Shown in pieces: positions 1-14,300 of a DNA stretch of 64,000 bases. The notes beneath the pieces are model-generated. The model searched no databases, was not told the DNA's origin, and saw only the letters and a program-made list of their open reading frames with translations. Position 1 is the stretch's first letter. The number at the start of each line of letters is the position of its first letter. Position numbers and translations under genes: made by a program. The DNA is from Macrostomum lignano (lineage: Eukaryota), in contig NIVC01002483.1 of the NCBI GenBank assembly GCA_002269645.1, positions 64,435 to 128,434 on the forward strand. The letters are read 5' to 3'.

Positions 1-2522
1 AGTGCGGTCAAATAGCGACTTGTCGATGACCAACACCTGGCAGATGTCTGAGTCAGGGTTCACTATTACGCTGGCCGTGCGGAGGACTCCGCTCACGAGA
101 GCCACTTCGCCGAACGCGTGACCGGCTGCAATTGAAGTTTGAAATTTCATCCCGGCATTATGATTCTAAATTCTCAAATCATTCGAACGCATCTTACCTC
201 CGATCTTTCATTTATCACTTATTTCCTTATCTTCAAGCCTTTTGTGCCCCACCTCTCTCCCTACCCCCTATCCCCTATCCCTATCTCCTCACAAGATTCC
301 TTACCCTGTGCCTCTCTCTGATTGGCTGCCACCAGTTCCATCTCTCTCCCTTGACGCCTGGCCCCTCACAAGATTCCTTACCCTGTGCCTCTCTCTCTGA
401 TTGGCTGCTACCAGTTCCACCTCTCTCCCTTGACGCTTATCTCCTCACAAGATTCCTTACCCTGTGCCTCTCTCTCTGATTGGCTGCCACCAGTTCCATC
501 TCTCTCCCTTGACGCTTATCTCCTCACAAGATTCCTTACCCTGTGCCTCTCTCTCTGATTGGCTGCCACCAGCTCCATCTCTCTCCCTTGACGCTTATCT
601 CCTCACAAGATTCCTTACCCTGTGCCTCTCTCTCTGATTGGCTGCCACCAGTTCCATCTCTCTCCCTTGACGCTTATCTCCTCACAAGATTCCTTACCCT
701 GTGCCTCTCTCTCTGACTGGCTGCCACCAGTTCCACCTCTCTTCTTTGACCCTCCCAGTCAACAATTTTCATTATCTCCCAATTCTCTCTCTACCCCTTT
801 CTCTCTCCGGTTAACACCGTTTCCCTACCTCTCCAGTGTCCCTAGCCTCTGGAACTTTCACTCCCCCGTCGTAGTCCCCTTCTTTGATACCCGACTCTTC
901 CCCAGACTCACCCTTGAAAGTGCCAACAGACACGCCCAACAGTGCTTCAATTTCTGCCGGCTTTTTCTTAACTAAAACATCGCCCTCCTCAAAAGGATCT
1001 TCTGTTGCCTCGGTGTCGTCTTCCTCCGTGGTGTCGGCGCTGGAGATGCGGATATCGCACATGCCAGTGAGGATGATGTACATTGCGAAGCCGACGTTGC
1101 CTTGCTTGATCAGAATCTGATTGGGCTTGTAGGCCTCCACTTTGCTGCTCTTCACAATTTCGTGAAGCACCTCTGCGGAGATTTTGCGTAACAGCCTTTT
1201 TATTTGTGTGCTAGAATTTTTCTCCCATAATTCCTTCTGCAATCACTTCGGTCATCCCCTCTGCCATTGTAGAGTATCATTAAGTCACAAAATGCTACTA
1301 CATGAGTAGAGTAACGCAAACATTTGCAGTAGTATTAAAACTATGAACCGTTACCAATTATAACAAGCTGAATCATGTTAATATTCACAACGCAAAAAGA
1401 CGAATCAGGATTGACCCCGCTACCCCATCAAAATGACCTTGAGAATCCAAAAACCTTAGACTCGGAGCGGTCCAAAGAGACTCAGAGCAGCCGCAAGAAA
1501 CTTCAAACCCGATGAGCTAGTTCGTAAATGGGACTATGTCCCCGAGAGGAAGGTCATTCGGTCATTTGTCATTCGGTGAGACGTCTTTTTTATTTGATTG
1601 TCGAGACCAGAGTTATTGGCGGCCGTTGTTTGATCAATTGATTTATGCCATTGAATGAAAGGCTTTCCTATTCCTAAGGGATTGGATAGGATCCTGTGGA
1701 CCGATTCCGATACTCTTAGATGATTTTTTGATTTTGATTGAAGATTGATTTCGTTAAAGTTGACGCCGACGAATTGAACTGTTTTGTAAACTAAAGTTGC
1801 TCTCGTATACGGCTGACTTCAGAATCGACGAGAAGAACCCCCCCGCGCGCTGAGAACCCGCTCTAGAAGAAGAGGAGTCAAGGAGAGTAAGTGATCACTG
1901 AATTTTGTTCACAGACTTGCGGCGGTCTGGAAGTGGGAGTTCGCGCGTTTAGACACTAGGCGTAATTCTCTCTCTCTCTCTCTCTCTCTCTCCCTCCTTC
2001 CCTCTCTCTCTAGTGTGCTAAAGCGAACTCTTCACCATCCCCTCCACCACCCCCTCTACTATCCCCTCTACTATCCCCTTTATCATACCCTCTACCATCT
2101 CCTCTACCACCCCCTCTACTATCCCCTCTACTATCCCCTTTATCATACCCTCTACCATCCCCTCTACCACCCCCTCTACTATCCCCTATACCATCCCCTT
2201 TATCATACCCTCTACCATCCCCTCTGCCATCCCCTCTGCCATCCCCTCTGCCATCCCCTCTGCCATCTTCTCAGGCATTCTATCTACCACTCTATCTACC
2301 ATTCTACCCCCCCTTCGACAATTATTGGCCATACATTCCCCGAGCACATCAGCTCACTCAACAGCTCCACGCACCATCCTGAATCTCGCCAAGCACGGTG
2401 ACTTTCCCCTGCCGAGCGTCGCGATTTGACAGCTCCCTGAGCCACTTCATCAGCGCCGCGATCTCCTCTTCAAGACGCTCGTCCTCGGACTTTTTGAGCA
2501 CCGCCAGGGCGACCTCGTGCAT
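1..2522 (-). CDS. Cyclic nucleotide-binding domain protein (CNBD1/CNBD2-like), 5' portion; gene continues beyond the left edge
   Basis: Exons 2522-2375 ([32 protein letters not shown]...), 1172-912 ([37 protein letters not shown]...GTFK) and 125-<1 ([21 protein letters not shown]...[10 protein letters not shown]). GT-AG junctions are all phase 1. FGEVAL...RTASV is the cNMP phosphate-binding cassette. Confidence 0.85.
282..745. repeat. 79-bp minisatellite, about 6 copies (CNBD intron)
   Basis: ACAAG anchors at 291, 368, 447, 526, 605 and 684. Confidence 0.9.
2035..2270. repeat. 12-bp-based C-rich repeat (CCCCTCTACCAT-like)
   Basis: Direct inspection; source of the spurious [11 protein letters not shown]. 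Confidence 0.85.
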
Positions 2523-2786
2523 CTCCTGACCGGCCAACTGCATTCTGACAACTTCGAGGATTTCTTAGAAACAGTTTTCAAAATTAAACTATTGCTCTCT
2601 GCTTGATGATGGACTGAACGCAGCGAACCTTACAATTAACTGGGCTGGCAACCCTGCCCCAGCATTATATATACACATTTAAAGTATATTTTAGCCTTTT
2701 CATTTCCAAAACCTGCCACTTCTTTCTTTTCATCTTTTCGTCTCCACAGAAGGGGGTGGGCGATGGCGACCGCGCGGGCCGCTTAC

Positions 2787-3036
2787 CCACTGTGCGGCCG
2801 CGCTCTGTGACCGGCTCTATACACTCTGCTTGGGGCTCTCAATCAGTGACAGTTGGCAAGCTCTGATCTGCTCTGCTGCATGCCTGAGTTGCTTCTCTTC
2901 TTCTCTTCTCCAAGCTCTACTATTTCATTTTGCATGCTCTCTTCTTCTGCTTCTCTAAAAGAAGTTTGGTCTGGGGTAGCAACGCAGTTACAATTGGATG
3001 CAGTAACGGTTTTCCTCAGGAGTAATTCTGAGACGG
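2787..3036 (-). other. Probable non-coding 5' leader exon of the CNBD gene, containing upstream ORFs
   Basis: Acceptor ccctacccag| directly after a (TCTG)n tract; strong donor TGG|gtaagc at 2786. All three frames contain stops. uORF MQNEIVELGEEKKRSNSGMQQSRSELANCH*. Confidence 0.55.
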
Positions 3037-3045
3037 CTGGGTAGG

Positions 3046-3525
<480 letters not shown>

Positions 3526-3954
3526 GAATTTAAGCATACTACGGAGCCATGCAAACGGGCTTGTACAGCAATAAAATCCTAAATTAAGTTTTCGTCAACT
3601 CAATGAATGCGGCTTAATTTATGGCATTGCGGATATTAAAAATCTCATGATAGACACTAATAATGGTTTGATATTGAATTCAAAATCGAGGGCTTCAACG
3701 CAGGTTGACGTGGCTTGATTATCAAATTTCTCAACCGACCAGAGACCTAAAAAAATTTAAGCTATTCAATCAAAACTAGACATTTGCAATAGTTTCTATT
3801 ATCTTGTGGCCGTTATAAGTAGTATGAGAAAGGTTTTAATTTTAATTTTTCAATTTATTGTTCAAAGTACGCTCGTACAATGTTATATCGCAATCGAATT
3901 CAGACCACAAAAGAAGCCTAAGCAGATGTCAGAGGCACCGCAAATTCGACATCA

Positions 3955-5260
3955 AAGACACCGCAAATCGAACATCAAAGACACAGCAAATCGAACATCA
4001 AAGACACCGCAAATCGAACATCAAACACACCGCACACTGAACATCAAAGACACACCGCACACTGAACATCAAAGACACAGCAATTCGAACATCAAAGACA
4101 CACGGCACACTGAACATCAAACACACCGAACACTGAACATCAAAGAAACCGCACACTGAACATCAAAGACACCGCACACTGAACATCAAAGACACCGCTC
4201 GCTGAACATCAAAGACACCGCAAATCGAACATCAAAGACACCGCAAATCGAACATCAAACACACCGCACACTGAACATCAAAGACACCGCCCACTGAACA
4301 TAAAAGACACACCGCACACTGAACATCAAAGACAAAAGACACCGCACACTGAACATCAAAGACACACCGCACACTGAACATCAAAGACACACCGCACACT
4401 GAACATCAAAGACACACCGCACACTGAACATCAAAGACACCGCAAATCGAACATCAAAGACACCGCAAATCGAACATCAAAGACACCGCAAATCGAACAT
4501 CAAAGACACCGCAAATCGAACATCAAAGACAAAAGACACCGCACACTGAACATCAAAGACACACCGCACACTGAACATCAAAGACACACCGCACACTGAA
4601 CATCAAAGACAAAAGACACCGCACACTGAACATCAAAGACACCGCAAATCGAACATCAAAGACACCGCAAATCGAACATCAAAGACAAAAGACACCGCAC
4701 ACTGAACATCAAAGACACACCGCACACTGAACATCAAAGACAAAAGACACCGCAAATCGAACATCAAAGACACCGCAAATCGAACATCAAAGACACCGCA
4801 AATCGAACATCAAAGACAAAAGACACCGCACACTGAACATCAAAGACACACCGCACACTGAACATCAAAGACAAAAGACACCGCACACTGAACATCAAAG
4901 ACACCGCCCACTGAACATAAAAGACACACCGCACACTGAACATCAAAGACACACCGCACACTGAACATCAAGGACACACCGCACACTGAACATCAAAGAC
5001 AAAAGACACCGCACACTGAACATCAAAGACACCGCCCACTGAACATAAAAGACACACCGCACACTGAACATCAAAGACACACCGCACACTGAACATCAAA
5101 GACAAAAGACACCGCACACTGAACATCAAGGACACACCGCACACTGAACATCAAAGACAAAAGACACCGCACACTGAACATCAAAGACACCGCAAATCGA
5201 ACATCAAAGACACCGCACACAGAACATCAGACACTGACACTGAATATCAAAGACACCGAA
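3955..5260. repeat. 21-28-bp minisatellite with two alternating variants (ACACTGAACATCAAAGACACCGC / AAATCGAACATCAAAGACACCGC)
   Basis: Direct inspection; begins about 55 nt past the stop codon of the TSP-Ig gene. Confidence 0.95.
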
Positions 5261-5317
5261 CACTTGAGCATCAAAGGCACCGCGCATTAAACGTCAAAAC
5301 ATTTTTTAAAAACCCTG

Positions 5318-8300
5318 TCAGTTCTTCTTCTTTATCTCTCGATCGTGCTGCCTAGTCCAGCCCGTGAGAAGTTCTCGAACTCGCAATTTAAACAGGCTCA
5401 TCTCCTCTATATCCATGCGCTGGAGCCAGATGCGCCGACGCCAAAGCAGCAGGGCGCGCACGCAGTCAATCACGCAGGTTGCCAGGGTTAAAAAGGCGGC
5501 GCCAAAAATGAGGCCAAAAACTGCGTTGAAATTTTTCTCAAAAAACTCAGCCATAAATTCTTTGATTGTCGGATTCGGCTTCAGTTCCAGAGCGATTCGA
5601 GCCGCCATAAACACCTCGGACAGTTCGATGTCGGTGAGCACCAGCTTCCGCGGCTGACTATCCTTCATCAGCTGGTAGGGATCTTTCTCCCCATCGCCCG
5701 GAGGCGGCGGGTCAGCAAAAGGATCAGTGGCGTTCGCGTCTTGCACGAACATCAGCTGGATGTAGCATTCGTAAACGCCTTCCATGTGTGCAGCCATGGA
5801 GCTGATGTGGGCGACGCCAGCCTGATCAAGTTGCTGCCGAAGGCTGTTCGTCATCCACAGCTTTTCCTCCCGTTTGCCTCCGTGGTGCTCGCCTCTGTGG
5901 GTTGTTGGGTGGGCTGCGTGCGCTGCTAATGGGTGCGCGCCTTTGCCCTGTCCCACTCATCTCTGTCTTCCCGTCTCTTTCCCCTGTCTCCTGCCTGTCT
6001 GCCTCTCTCCTGTTTCTCTCCTCTCTCTCTGTCTCCCTGTCTCTCTCCTGTCTCTCTGCCTCACCTGTCTCGCTTCTCCTATCTCGATCCCCCGTCTCTC
6101 TGCCGCTATCTGTTCCCTGTCTCTCTGCCTCTATCTGTTCCCTGTCTCTCTGCCGCTATCTGTTCCCTGTCTCTCTGCCTCTATCTGTTCCCTGTCTCTC
6201 TGCCGCTATCTGTTCCCTGTCTCTCTGCCTCTATCTGTTCCCTGTCTCTCTGCCTCTATCGGTTCCCTGTCTCTCTGCCTCTATCTGTTCCCTGTCTCTC
6301 TGCCTCTATCTGTTCCCTGTCTCTCTGCCTCTATCTGTCCCCTGTCTCTCTGCCTCTATCTGTTCCCTGTCTCTCTGCCTCTATCTGTTCCCTGTCTCTC
6401 TGCCTCTATCTGTTCCCTGTCTCTTTGCCTCTATCTGTTCCCTGTCTCTCTGCCTCTATCTGTTCCCTGTCTCTCTGCCTCTATCTGTTCCCTGTCTCTC
6501 TGCCTCTATCTGTTCCCTGTCTCTCTGCCTCTATCTGTTCCCTGTCTCTCTGCCTCTCTCTTCCCTGTCTCTCTGCCTCTCTCTTCCCTGTCTCTCTGCC
6601 TCTCTCTTCCCTGTCTCTCTGTCTCTATCTCTTCCCTGTCTCTCCTGCCTCTATCTCCCCCTGTTTCTCCTGCCTCTATCTCCCCCTGTCTCTACTGCCT
6701 CTATCTCCCCCTGTCTCTACTGCCTCTATCTCCCCCTGTCTCTACTGCCTCTATCTCCCCCTGTCTCTACTGCCTCTATCACTCCCGCATCGAAACCTGC
6801 AAGAGTTCCTCACAGAGGCGACGGCAAGAAGGTCCAGTGTATGCGCCAGGCGCCCATCATAGTCGGGGTCACGTTGGTCAGCGCCCCCAGAGGGCATGTG
6901 AGGTTGAAGTGGCTGTCCTCGGGCAGGCGCACCACAGTGTCCAGCACTGGCACAGGAATGAAGCAGGCCGTATTTGGGTCTCTGTTGGGCGCCCGTTTCA
7001 CCATCAGCTGGTAGAGCCCGGCGTCTGACGGCACCACGGAGAGCACGTGCAGCACCTCGAAGTCGAACAGGATTCGCTCGGAGAAGTTTAGCGGCTGCAA
7101 TGATTGATTTATTGGGATGCGGTGCTCGCGTGAGGTGGCTGATTGCATACAGAGTGCAGTTAGGGGACAAGTCTTCTCCTACCAACCCTCAGCTACCAAC
7201 CCTCAGCTACCAACCCTCAGCTACCAACCCTCAGCTACCAACCCTCAGCTACCAACCCTCAGCTACCAACCCTCAGCTACCAACCCTCAGCTACCAACCC
7301 TCAGCTACCAACCCTCAGCTACCAACCCTCAGCTACCAACCCTCAGCTACCAACCCTCAGCTACCAACCCTCAGCTACCAACCCTCAGCTACCAACCCTC
7401 AGCTACCAACCCTCAGCTACCAACCCTCAGCTACCAACCCTCAGCTACCAACCCTCAGCTACCAACCCTCAGCTACCAACTCTCAGCTACCAACCCTCAG
7501 CTACCAACCCTCAGCAACCAACACTCAGCTACCAATCCTTAACTACCAACCCTCAGCTACCAACCCTTAGCTACCAACCCTTAGCTACCAACCCTCAGCT
7601 ACCAACCCTCAGCAACCAACCCTCAGCTACCAATCCTTAGCTACCAACCCTCAGCTACCAACCCTTAGCTACCAACCCTCAGCTACCAACCCTCAGCTAC
7701 CAACCCTCAGCTACCAACCCTCAGCTACCAACCCTCAGCTACCAACCCTCAGCTACCAACCCTCAGCTACCAACCCTCAGCTACCAACCCTCAGCTACCA
7801 ACCCTCAGCTACCAACCCTCAGCTACCAACCCTCAGCTACCAACCCTCAGCTACCAACCCTCAGCTACCAACCCTCAGCTACCAACTCTCAGCTACCAAC
7901 CCTCAGCTACCAACCCTCAGCAACCAACACTCAGCTACCAATCCTTAACTACCAACCCTCAGCTACCAACCCTTAGCTACCAACCTTTAGCTACCAACCC
8001 TCAGCTACCAACCCTCAGCTACCAACCCTCAGCTACCAACCCTCAGCTACCAATCCTTAACTACCAACCCTCAGCTACCAATCCTTAACTACCAATCCTC
8101 AGCTACCAACCCTCAGCAACCAACCCTCAGCTACCAACCCTCAGCAACCAACCCTCAGCTACCAATTCTCAGCTACCAATTCTCAGCTACCAACCCTCAG
8201 CTACCAACCCTTAGCTACCAACCCTCAGCTACCAATTCTCAGCTACCAACCCTCAGCTACCAACCCTCAGCTACCAACCCTCAGCTACCAACCCTCAGCT

Positions 8301-11300
8301 ACCAACCCTCAGCTACCAACTCTCAGCTACCAACCCTCAGCAACCAACACTCAGCTACCAATCCTTAACTACCAACCCTCAGCTACCAACCCTTAGCTAC
8401 CAACCCTTAGCTACCAACCCTCAGCTACCAACCCTCAGCAACCAACCCTCAGCTACCAATCCTTAGCTACCAACCCTCAGCTACCAACCCTTAGCTACCA
8501 ACCCTCAGCTACCAACCCTCAGCTACCAACCCTCAGCTACCAACCCTCAGCTACCAACCCTCAGCTACCAACCCTCAGCTACCAACCCTCAGCTACCAAC
8601 CCTCAGCTACCAATTCTCAGCTACCAACCCTCAGCTATCAACCCTCAGCTACCAACCCTCAGCTACCAACCCTCAGCTACCAACCCTCAGCTACCAACCC
8701 TTAGCTACCAACCCTCAGCTACCAACCCTCAGCTACCAACCCTCAGCTACCAACTCTCAGCTACCAACCCTCAGCTACCAACCCTCAGCAACCAACACTC
8801 AGCTACCAATCCTTAACTACCAACCCTCAGCTACCAACCCTTAGCTACCAACCCTTAGCTACCAACCCTCAGCTACCAACCCTCAGCAACCAACCCTCAG
8901 CTACCAATCCTTAGCTACCAACCCTCAGCTACCAACCCTTAGCTACCAACCCTCAGCAACCAACCCTCAGCTACCAACCCTCAGCAACCAACCCTCAGCT
9001 ACCAATTCTCAGCTACAAACCCTCAGCTACCAACCCTCAGCTACCAACCCTTAGCTACCAACCCTCAGCTACCAATTCTCAGCTACCAATTCTCAGCTAC
9101 CAACCCTCAGCTACCAACCCTCAGCTACCAACCCTCAGCTACCAACCCTCAGCTACCAACCCTTAGCTACCAACCCTCAGCTACCAACCCTTAACTACCA
9201 ACCCTCAGCTACCAATTCTCAGCTACCAATTCTCAGCTACCAACCCTCAGCTACCAACCCTCAGCTACCAACCCTTAGCTACCAACCTTTAGCTACCAAC
9301 CCTCAGCTACCAATCCTTAACTACCAACCCTCAGCTACCAATCCTTAACTACCAATCCTCAGCTACCAACCCTCAGCAACCAACCCTCAGCAACCAACCC
9401 TCAGCTACCAACCCTCAGCAACCAACCCTCAGCTACAAACCCTCAGCTACCAACCCTCAGCTACCAACCCTTAGCTACCAACCCTCAGCTACCAACCCTC
9501 AGCTACCAACCCTCAGCTACCAACCCTCAGCTACCAATTCTCAGCTACCAATTCTCAGCTACCAACCCTCAGCTACCAACCCTTAGCTACCAACCCTCAG
9601 CTACCAACCCTTAACTACCAACCCTCAGCTACCAATTCTCAGCTACCAATCCTTAACTACCAACCCTCAGCTACCAACCCTCAGCTACCAACCCTCAGCT
9701 ACCAACCCTCAGCTACCAACCCTTAGCTACCAACCCTCAGCTACCAACTCTCAGCTACCAACCCTCAGCTACCAACCCTCAGCAACCAACACTCAGCTAC
9801 CAACCCTCAGCTACCAACTCTCAGCTACCAATTCTCAGCTACCAACCCTCAGCTACCAACCCTCAGCTACCAACCCTCAGCTACCAACCCTCAGCTACCA
9901 ACCCTCAGCTACCAACCCTCAGCTACCAACCCTCAGCTACCAACCCTTAGCTACCAACCCTCAGCTACCAATTCTCAGCTACCAACCCTCAGCTACCAAC
10001 ACTCAGCTACCAACACTCAGCTACCAATCCTTAACTACCAACCCTCAGCTACCAACCCTTAGCTACCAACCCTTAGCTACCAGCCCTCAGCTACCAACCC
10101 TCAGCAACCAACCCTCAGCTACCAATCCTTAGCTACCAACCCTCAGCTACCAACCCTTAGCTACCAACCCTCAGCTACCAACCCTCAGCTACCAACCCTC
10201 AGCTACCAACCCTCAGCTACCAATCCTTAACTACCAACCCTCAGCTACCAATCCTTAACTACCAATCCTCAGCTACCAACCCTCAGCTACCAACCCTCAG
10301 CAACCAACACTCAGCTACCAATCCTTAACTACCAACCCTCAGCTACCAACCCTTAGCTACCAACCTTTAGCTACCAACCCTCAGCTACCAACCCTCAGCA
10401 ACCAACCCTCAGCTACCAATCCTTAGCTACCAACCCTCAGCTACCAACCCTTAGCTACCAACCCTCAGCTACCAACCCTCAGCTACCAACCCTCAGCTAC
10501 CAACCCTCAGCTACCAATCCTTAACTACCAACCCTCAGCTACCAATCCTTAACTACCAATCCTCAGCTACCAACCCTCAGCAACCAACCCTCAGCTACCA
10601 ACCCTCAGCAACCAACCCTCAGCTACCAATTCTCAGCTACAAACCCTCAGCTACCAACCCTCAGCTACCAACCCTTAGCTACCAACCCTCAGCTACCAAT
10701 TCTCAGCTACCAACCCTCAGCTACCAACCCTCAGCTACCAACCCTCAGCTACCAACTCTCAGCTACCAACCCTCAGCAACCAACACTCAGCTACCAATCC
10801 TTAACTACCAACCCTCAGCTACCAACCCTTAGCTACCAACCCTTAGCTACCAACCCTCAGCTACCAACCCTCAGCAACCAACCCTCAGCTACCAATCCTT
10901 AGCTACCAACCCTCAGCTACCAACCCTTAGCTACCAACCCTCAGCTACCAACCCTCAGCTACCAACCCTCAGCTACCAACCCTCAGCTACCAACCCTCAG
11001 CTACCAACCCTCAGCTACCAACCCTCAGCTACCAATTCTCAGCTACCAACCCTCAGCTATCAACCCTCAGCTACCAACCCTCAGCTACCAACCCTCAGCT
11101 ACCAACCCTCAGCTACCAACCCTTAGCTACCAACCCTCAGCTACCAACCCTCAGCTACCAACCCTCAGCTACCAACTCTCAGCTACCAACCCTCAGCTAC
11201 CAACCCTCAGCAACCAACACTCAGCTACCAATCCTTAACTACCAACCCTCAGCTACCAACCCTTAGCTACCAACCCTTAGCTACCAACCCTCAGCTACCA

Positions 11301-14300
11301 ACCCTCAGCAACCAACCCTCAGCTACCAATCCTTAGCTACCAACCCTCAGCTACCAACCCTTAGCTACCAAGCCTCAGCAACCAACCCTCAGCTACCAAC
11401 CCTCAGCTACCAACCCTCAGCAACCAACCCTCAGCTACCAATTCTCAGCTACAAACCCTCAGCTACCAACCCTCAGCTACCAACCCTTAGCTACCAACCC
11501 TCAGCTACCAATTCTCAGCTACCAATTCTCAGCTACCAACCCTCAGCTACCAACCCTCAGCTACCAACCCTCAGCTACCAACCCTCAGCTACCAACCCTT
11601 AGCTACCAACCCTCAGCTACCAACCCTTAACTACCAACCCTCAGCTACCAATTCTCAGCTACCAATTCTCAGCTACCAACCCTCAGCTACCAACCCTCAG
11701 CTACCAACCCTTAGCTACCAACCTTTAGCTACCAACCCTCAGCTACCAATCCTTAACTACCAACCCTCAGCTACCAATCCTTAACTACCAATCCTCAGCT
11801 ACCAACCCTCAGCAACCAACCCTCAGCTACCAACCCTCAGCAACCAACCCTCAGCTACCAATTCTCAGCTACAAACCCTCAGCTACCAACCCTCAGCTAC
11901 CAACCCTTAGCTACCAACCCTCAGCTACCAATTCTCAGCTACCAATTCTCAGCTACCAACCCTCAGCTACCAACCCTCAGCTACCAACCCTCAGCTACCA
12001 ACCCTCAGCTACCAACCCTTAGCTACCAACCCTCAGCTACCAACCCTTAACTACCAACCCTCAGCTACCAATTCTCAGCTACCAATTCTCAGCTACCAAC
12101 CCTCAGCTACCAACCCTCAGCTACCAACCCTCAGCTACCAACCCTCAGCTACCAACCCTTAGCTACCAACCCTCAGCTACCAACTCTCAGCTACCAACCC
12201 TCAGCTACCAACCCTCAGCAACCAACACTCAGCTACCAACCCTCAGCTACCAACTCTCAGCTACCAATTCTCAGCTACCAACCCTCAGCTACCAACCCTC
12301 AGCTACCAACCCTTAGCTACCAACCCTCAGCTACCAACCCTCAGCTACCAACCCTCAGCTACCAATTCTCAGCTACCAATTCTCAGCTACCAACCCTCAG
12401 CTACCAACCCTCAGCTACCAACCCTCAGCTACCAACCCTCAGCTACCAACCCTCAGCTACCAACCCTCAGCTACCAACCCTTAGCTACCAACCCTCAGCT
12501 ACCAATTCTCAGCTACCAACCCTCAGCTACCAACACTCAGCTACCAACACTCAGCTACCAATCCTTAACTACCAACCCTCAGCTACCAACCCTTAGCTAC
12601 CAACCCTTAGCTACCAGCCCTCAGCTACCAACCCTCAGCAACCAACCCTCAGCTACCAATCCTTAGCTACCAACCCTCAGCTACCAACCCTTAGCTACCA
12701 ACCCTCAGCTACCAACCCTCAGCTACCAACCCTCAGCTACCAACCCTCAGCTACCAATCCTTAACTACCAACCCTCAGCTACCAATCCTTAACTACCAAT
12801 CCTCAGCTACCAACCCTCAGCAACCAACCCTCAGCTACCAACCCTCAGCTACCAACCCTCAGCTACCAACCCTCAGCTACCAACCCTTAGCTACCAACCC
12901 TCAGCTACCAATTCTCAGCTACCAATTCTCAGCTACCAATTCTCAGCTACCAACCCTCAGCTACCAACCCTCAGCTACCAACCCTCAGCAACCAACCCTC
13001 AGCTACCAACCCTCAGCTACCAACCCTCAGCAACCAACCCTCAGCTACCAATTCTCAGCTACAAACCCTCAGCTACCAACCCTCAGCTACCAACCCTTAG
13101 CTACCAACCCTCAGCTACCAATTCTCAGCTACCAACCCTTAGCTACCAACCCTCAGCTACCAACCCTCAGCTACCAATTCTCAGCTACCAATTCTCAGCT
13201 ACCAACCCTCAGCTACCAACCCTCAGCTACCAACCCTCAGCTACCAACCCTCAGCTACCAACCCTCAGCTACCAACCCTCAGCTACCAATCCTTAGCTAC
13301 CAACCCTCAGCTACCAACCCTCAGCTACCAACCCTCAGCTACCAACCCTTAGCTACCAACCCTCAGCTACCAACCCTCAGCTACCAACCCTCAGCTACCA
13401 ACCCTCAGCTACCAACCCTCAGCTACCAACCCTCAGCTACCAACCCTCAGCTACCAACCCTCAGCTACCAATTCTCAGCTACCAATTCTCAGCTACCAAC
13501 CCTCAGCTACCAACCCTCAGCTACCAACCCTCAGCAACCAACCCTCAGCTACCAACCCTCAGCTACCAATTCTCAGCTACCAACCCTCAGCTACCAACCC
13601 TCAGCTACCAATTCTCAGCTACCAACCCTCAGCTACCAACCCTCAGCTACCAACCCTCAGCTACCAACCCTCAGCAACCAACCCTCAGCTACCAACCCTC
13701 AGCAACCAACCCTCAGCTACCAACCCTCAGCTACCAATTCTCAGCTACCAACCCTCAGCTACCAACCCTCAGCTACCAATTCTCAGCTACCAACCCTCAG
13801 CTACCAACCCTCAGCTACCAACCCTCAGCTACCAACCCTCAGCTACCAACCCTCAGCAACCAACCCTCAGCTACCAATTCTCAGCTACCAATTCTCAGCT
13901 ACCAATCCTCAGCTGCCAGCTGCCAGTCCGGAGCTCCCAGCCGCCAACAGCACCTGATTATCCTTAGTCCAAAAGTACTGCCGCTCCGGGAATCGGCCCG
14001 GCTTATCAAACAGGCGCTGCCTGATTGGCTGGTCCACGCCGCAGCTCAGGTAGAGCTCTCCCCCGACCACGGGCGCGCTCTGGCCCATATAAGCAAACGC
14101 AGCCTCCTGCGAAGTGGCTCTAAGACTGTCTCGCATAAACCGTCTCTCGTCTTCGAACAGCTGCTCCGAGTAGGGACAATGGGCCAGGTGGCACTGGCTT
14201 CTCTCCCTGTCCGGCCCGGCGCATGGCCGGCCTCCGTGCAGCTCCATGGGACACTTGCACTGCCGGGTCCTGACGCCGACACCGCTGCCGCACGAGGCGT

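Noticed and set aside
1173-1242. 5' extension of the second CNBD exon (acceptor at 1211-1212, or the ORF start at 1242)
   Set aside because: It is phase-incompatible with the 2375 donor; the acceptor at 1173-1174 keeps the frame and gives a sensible cNMP helix.
7179-13913. True interstitial telomere
   Set aside because: There are no (TTAGGG)n runs, only one 6-bp rotation per 14-bp unit.
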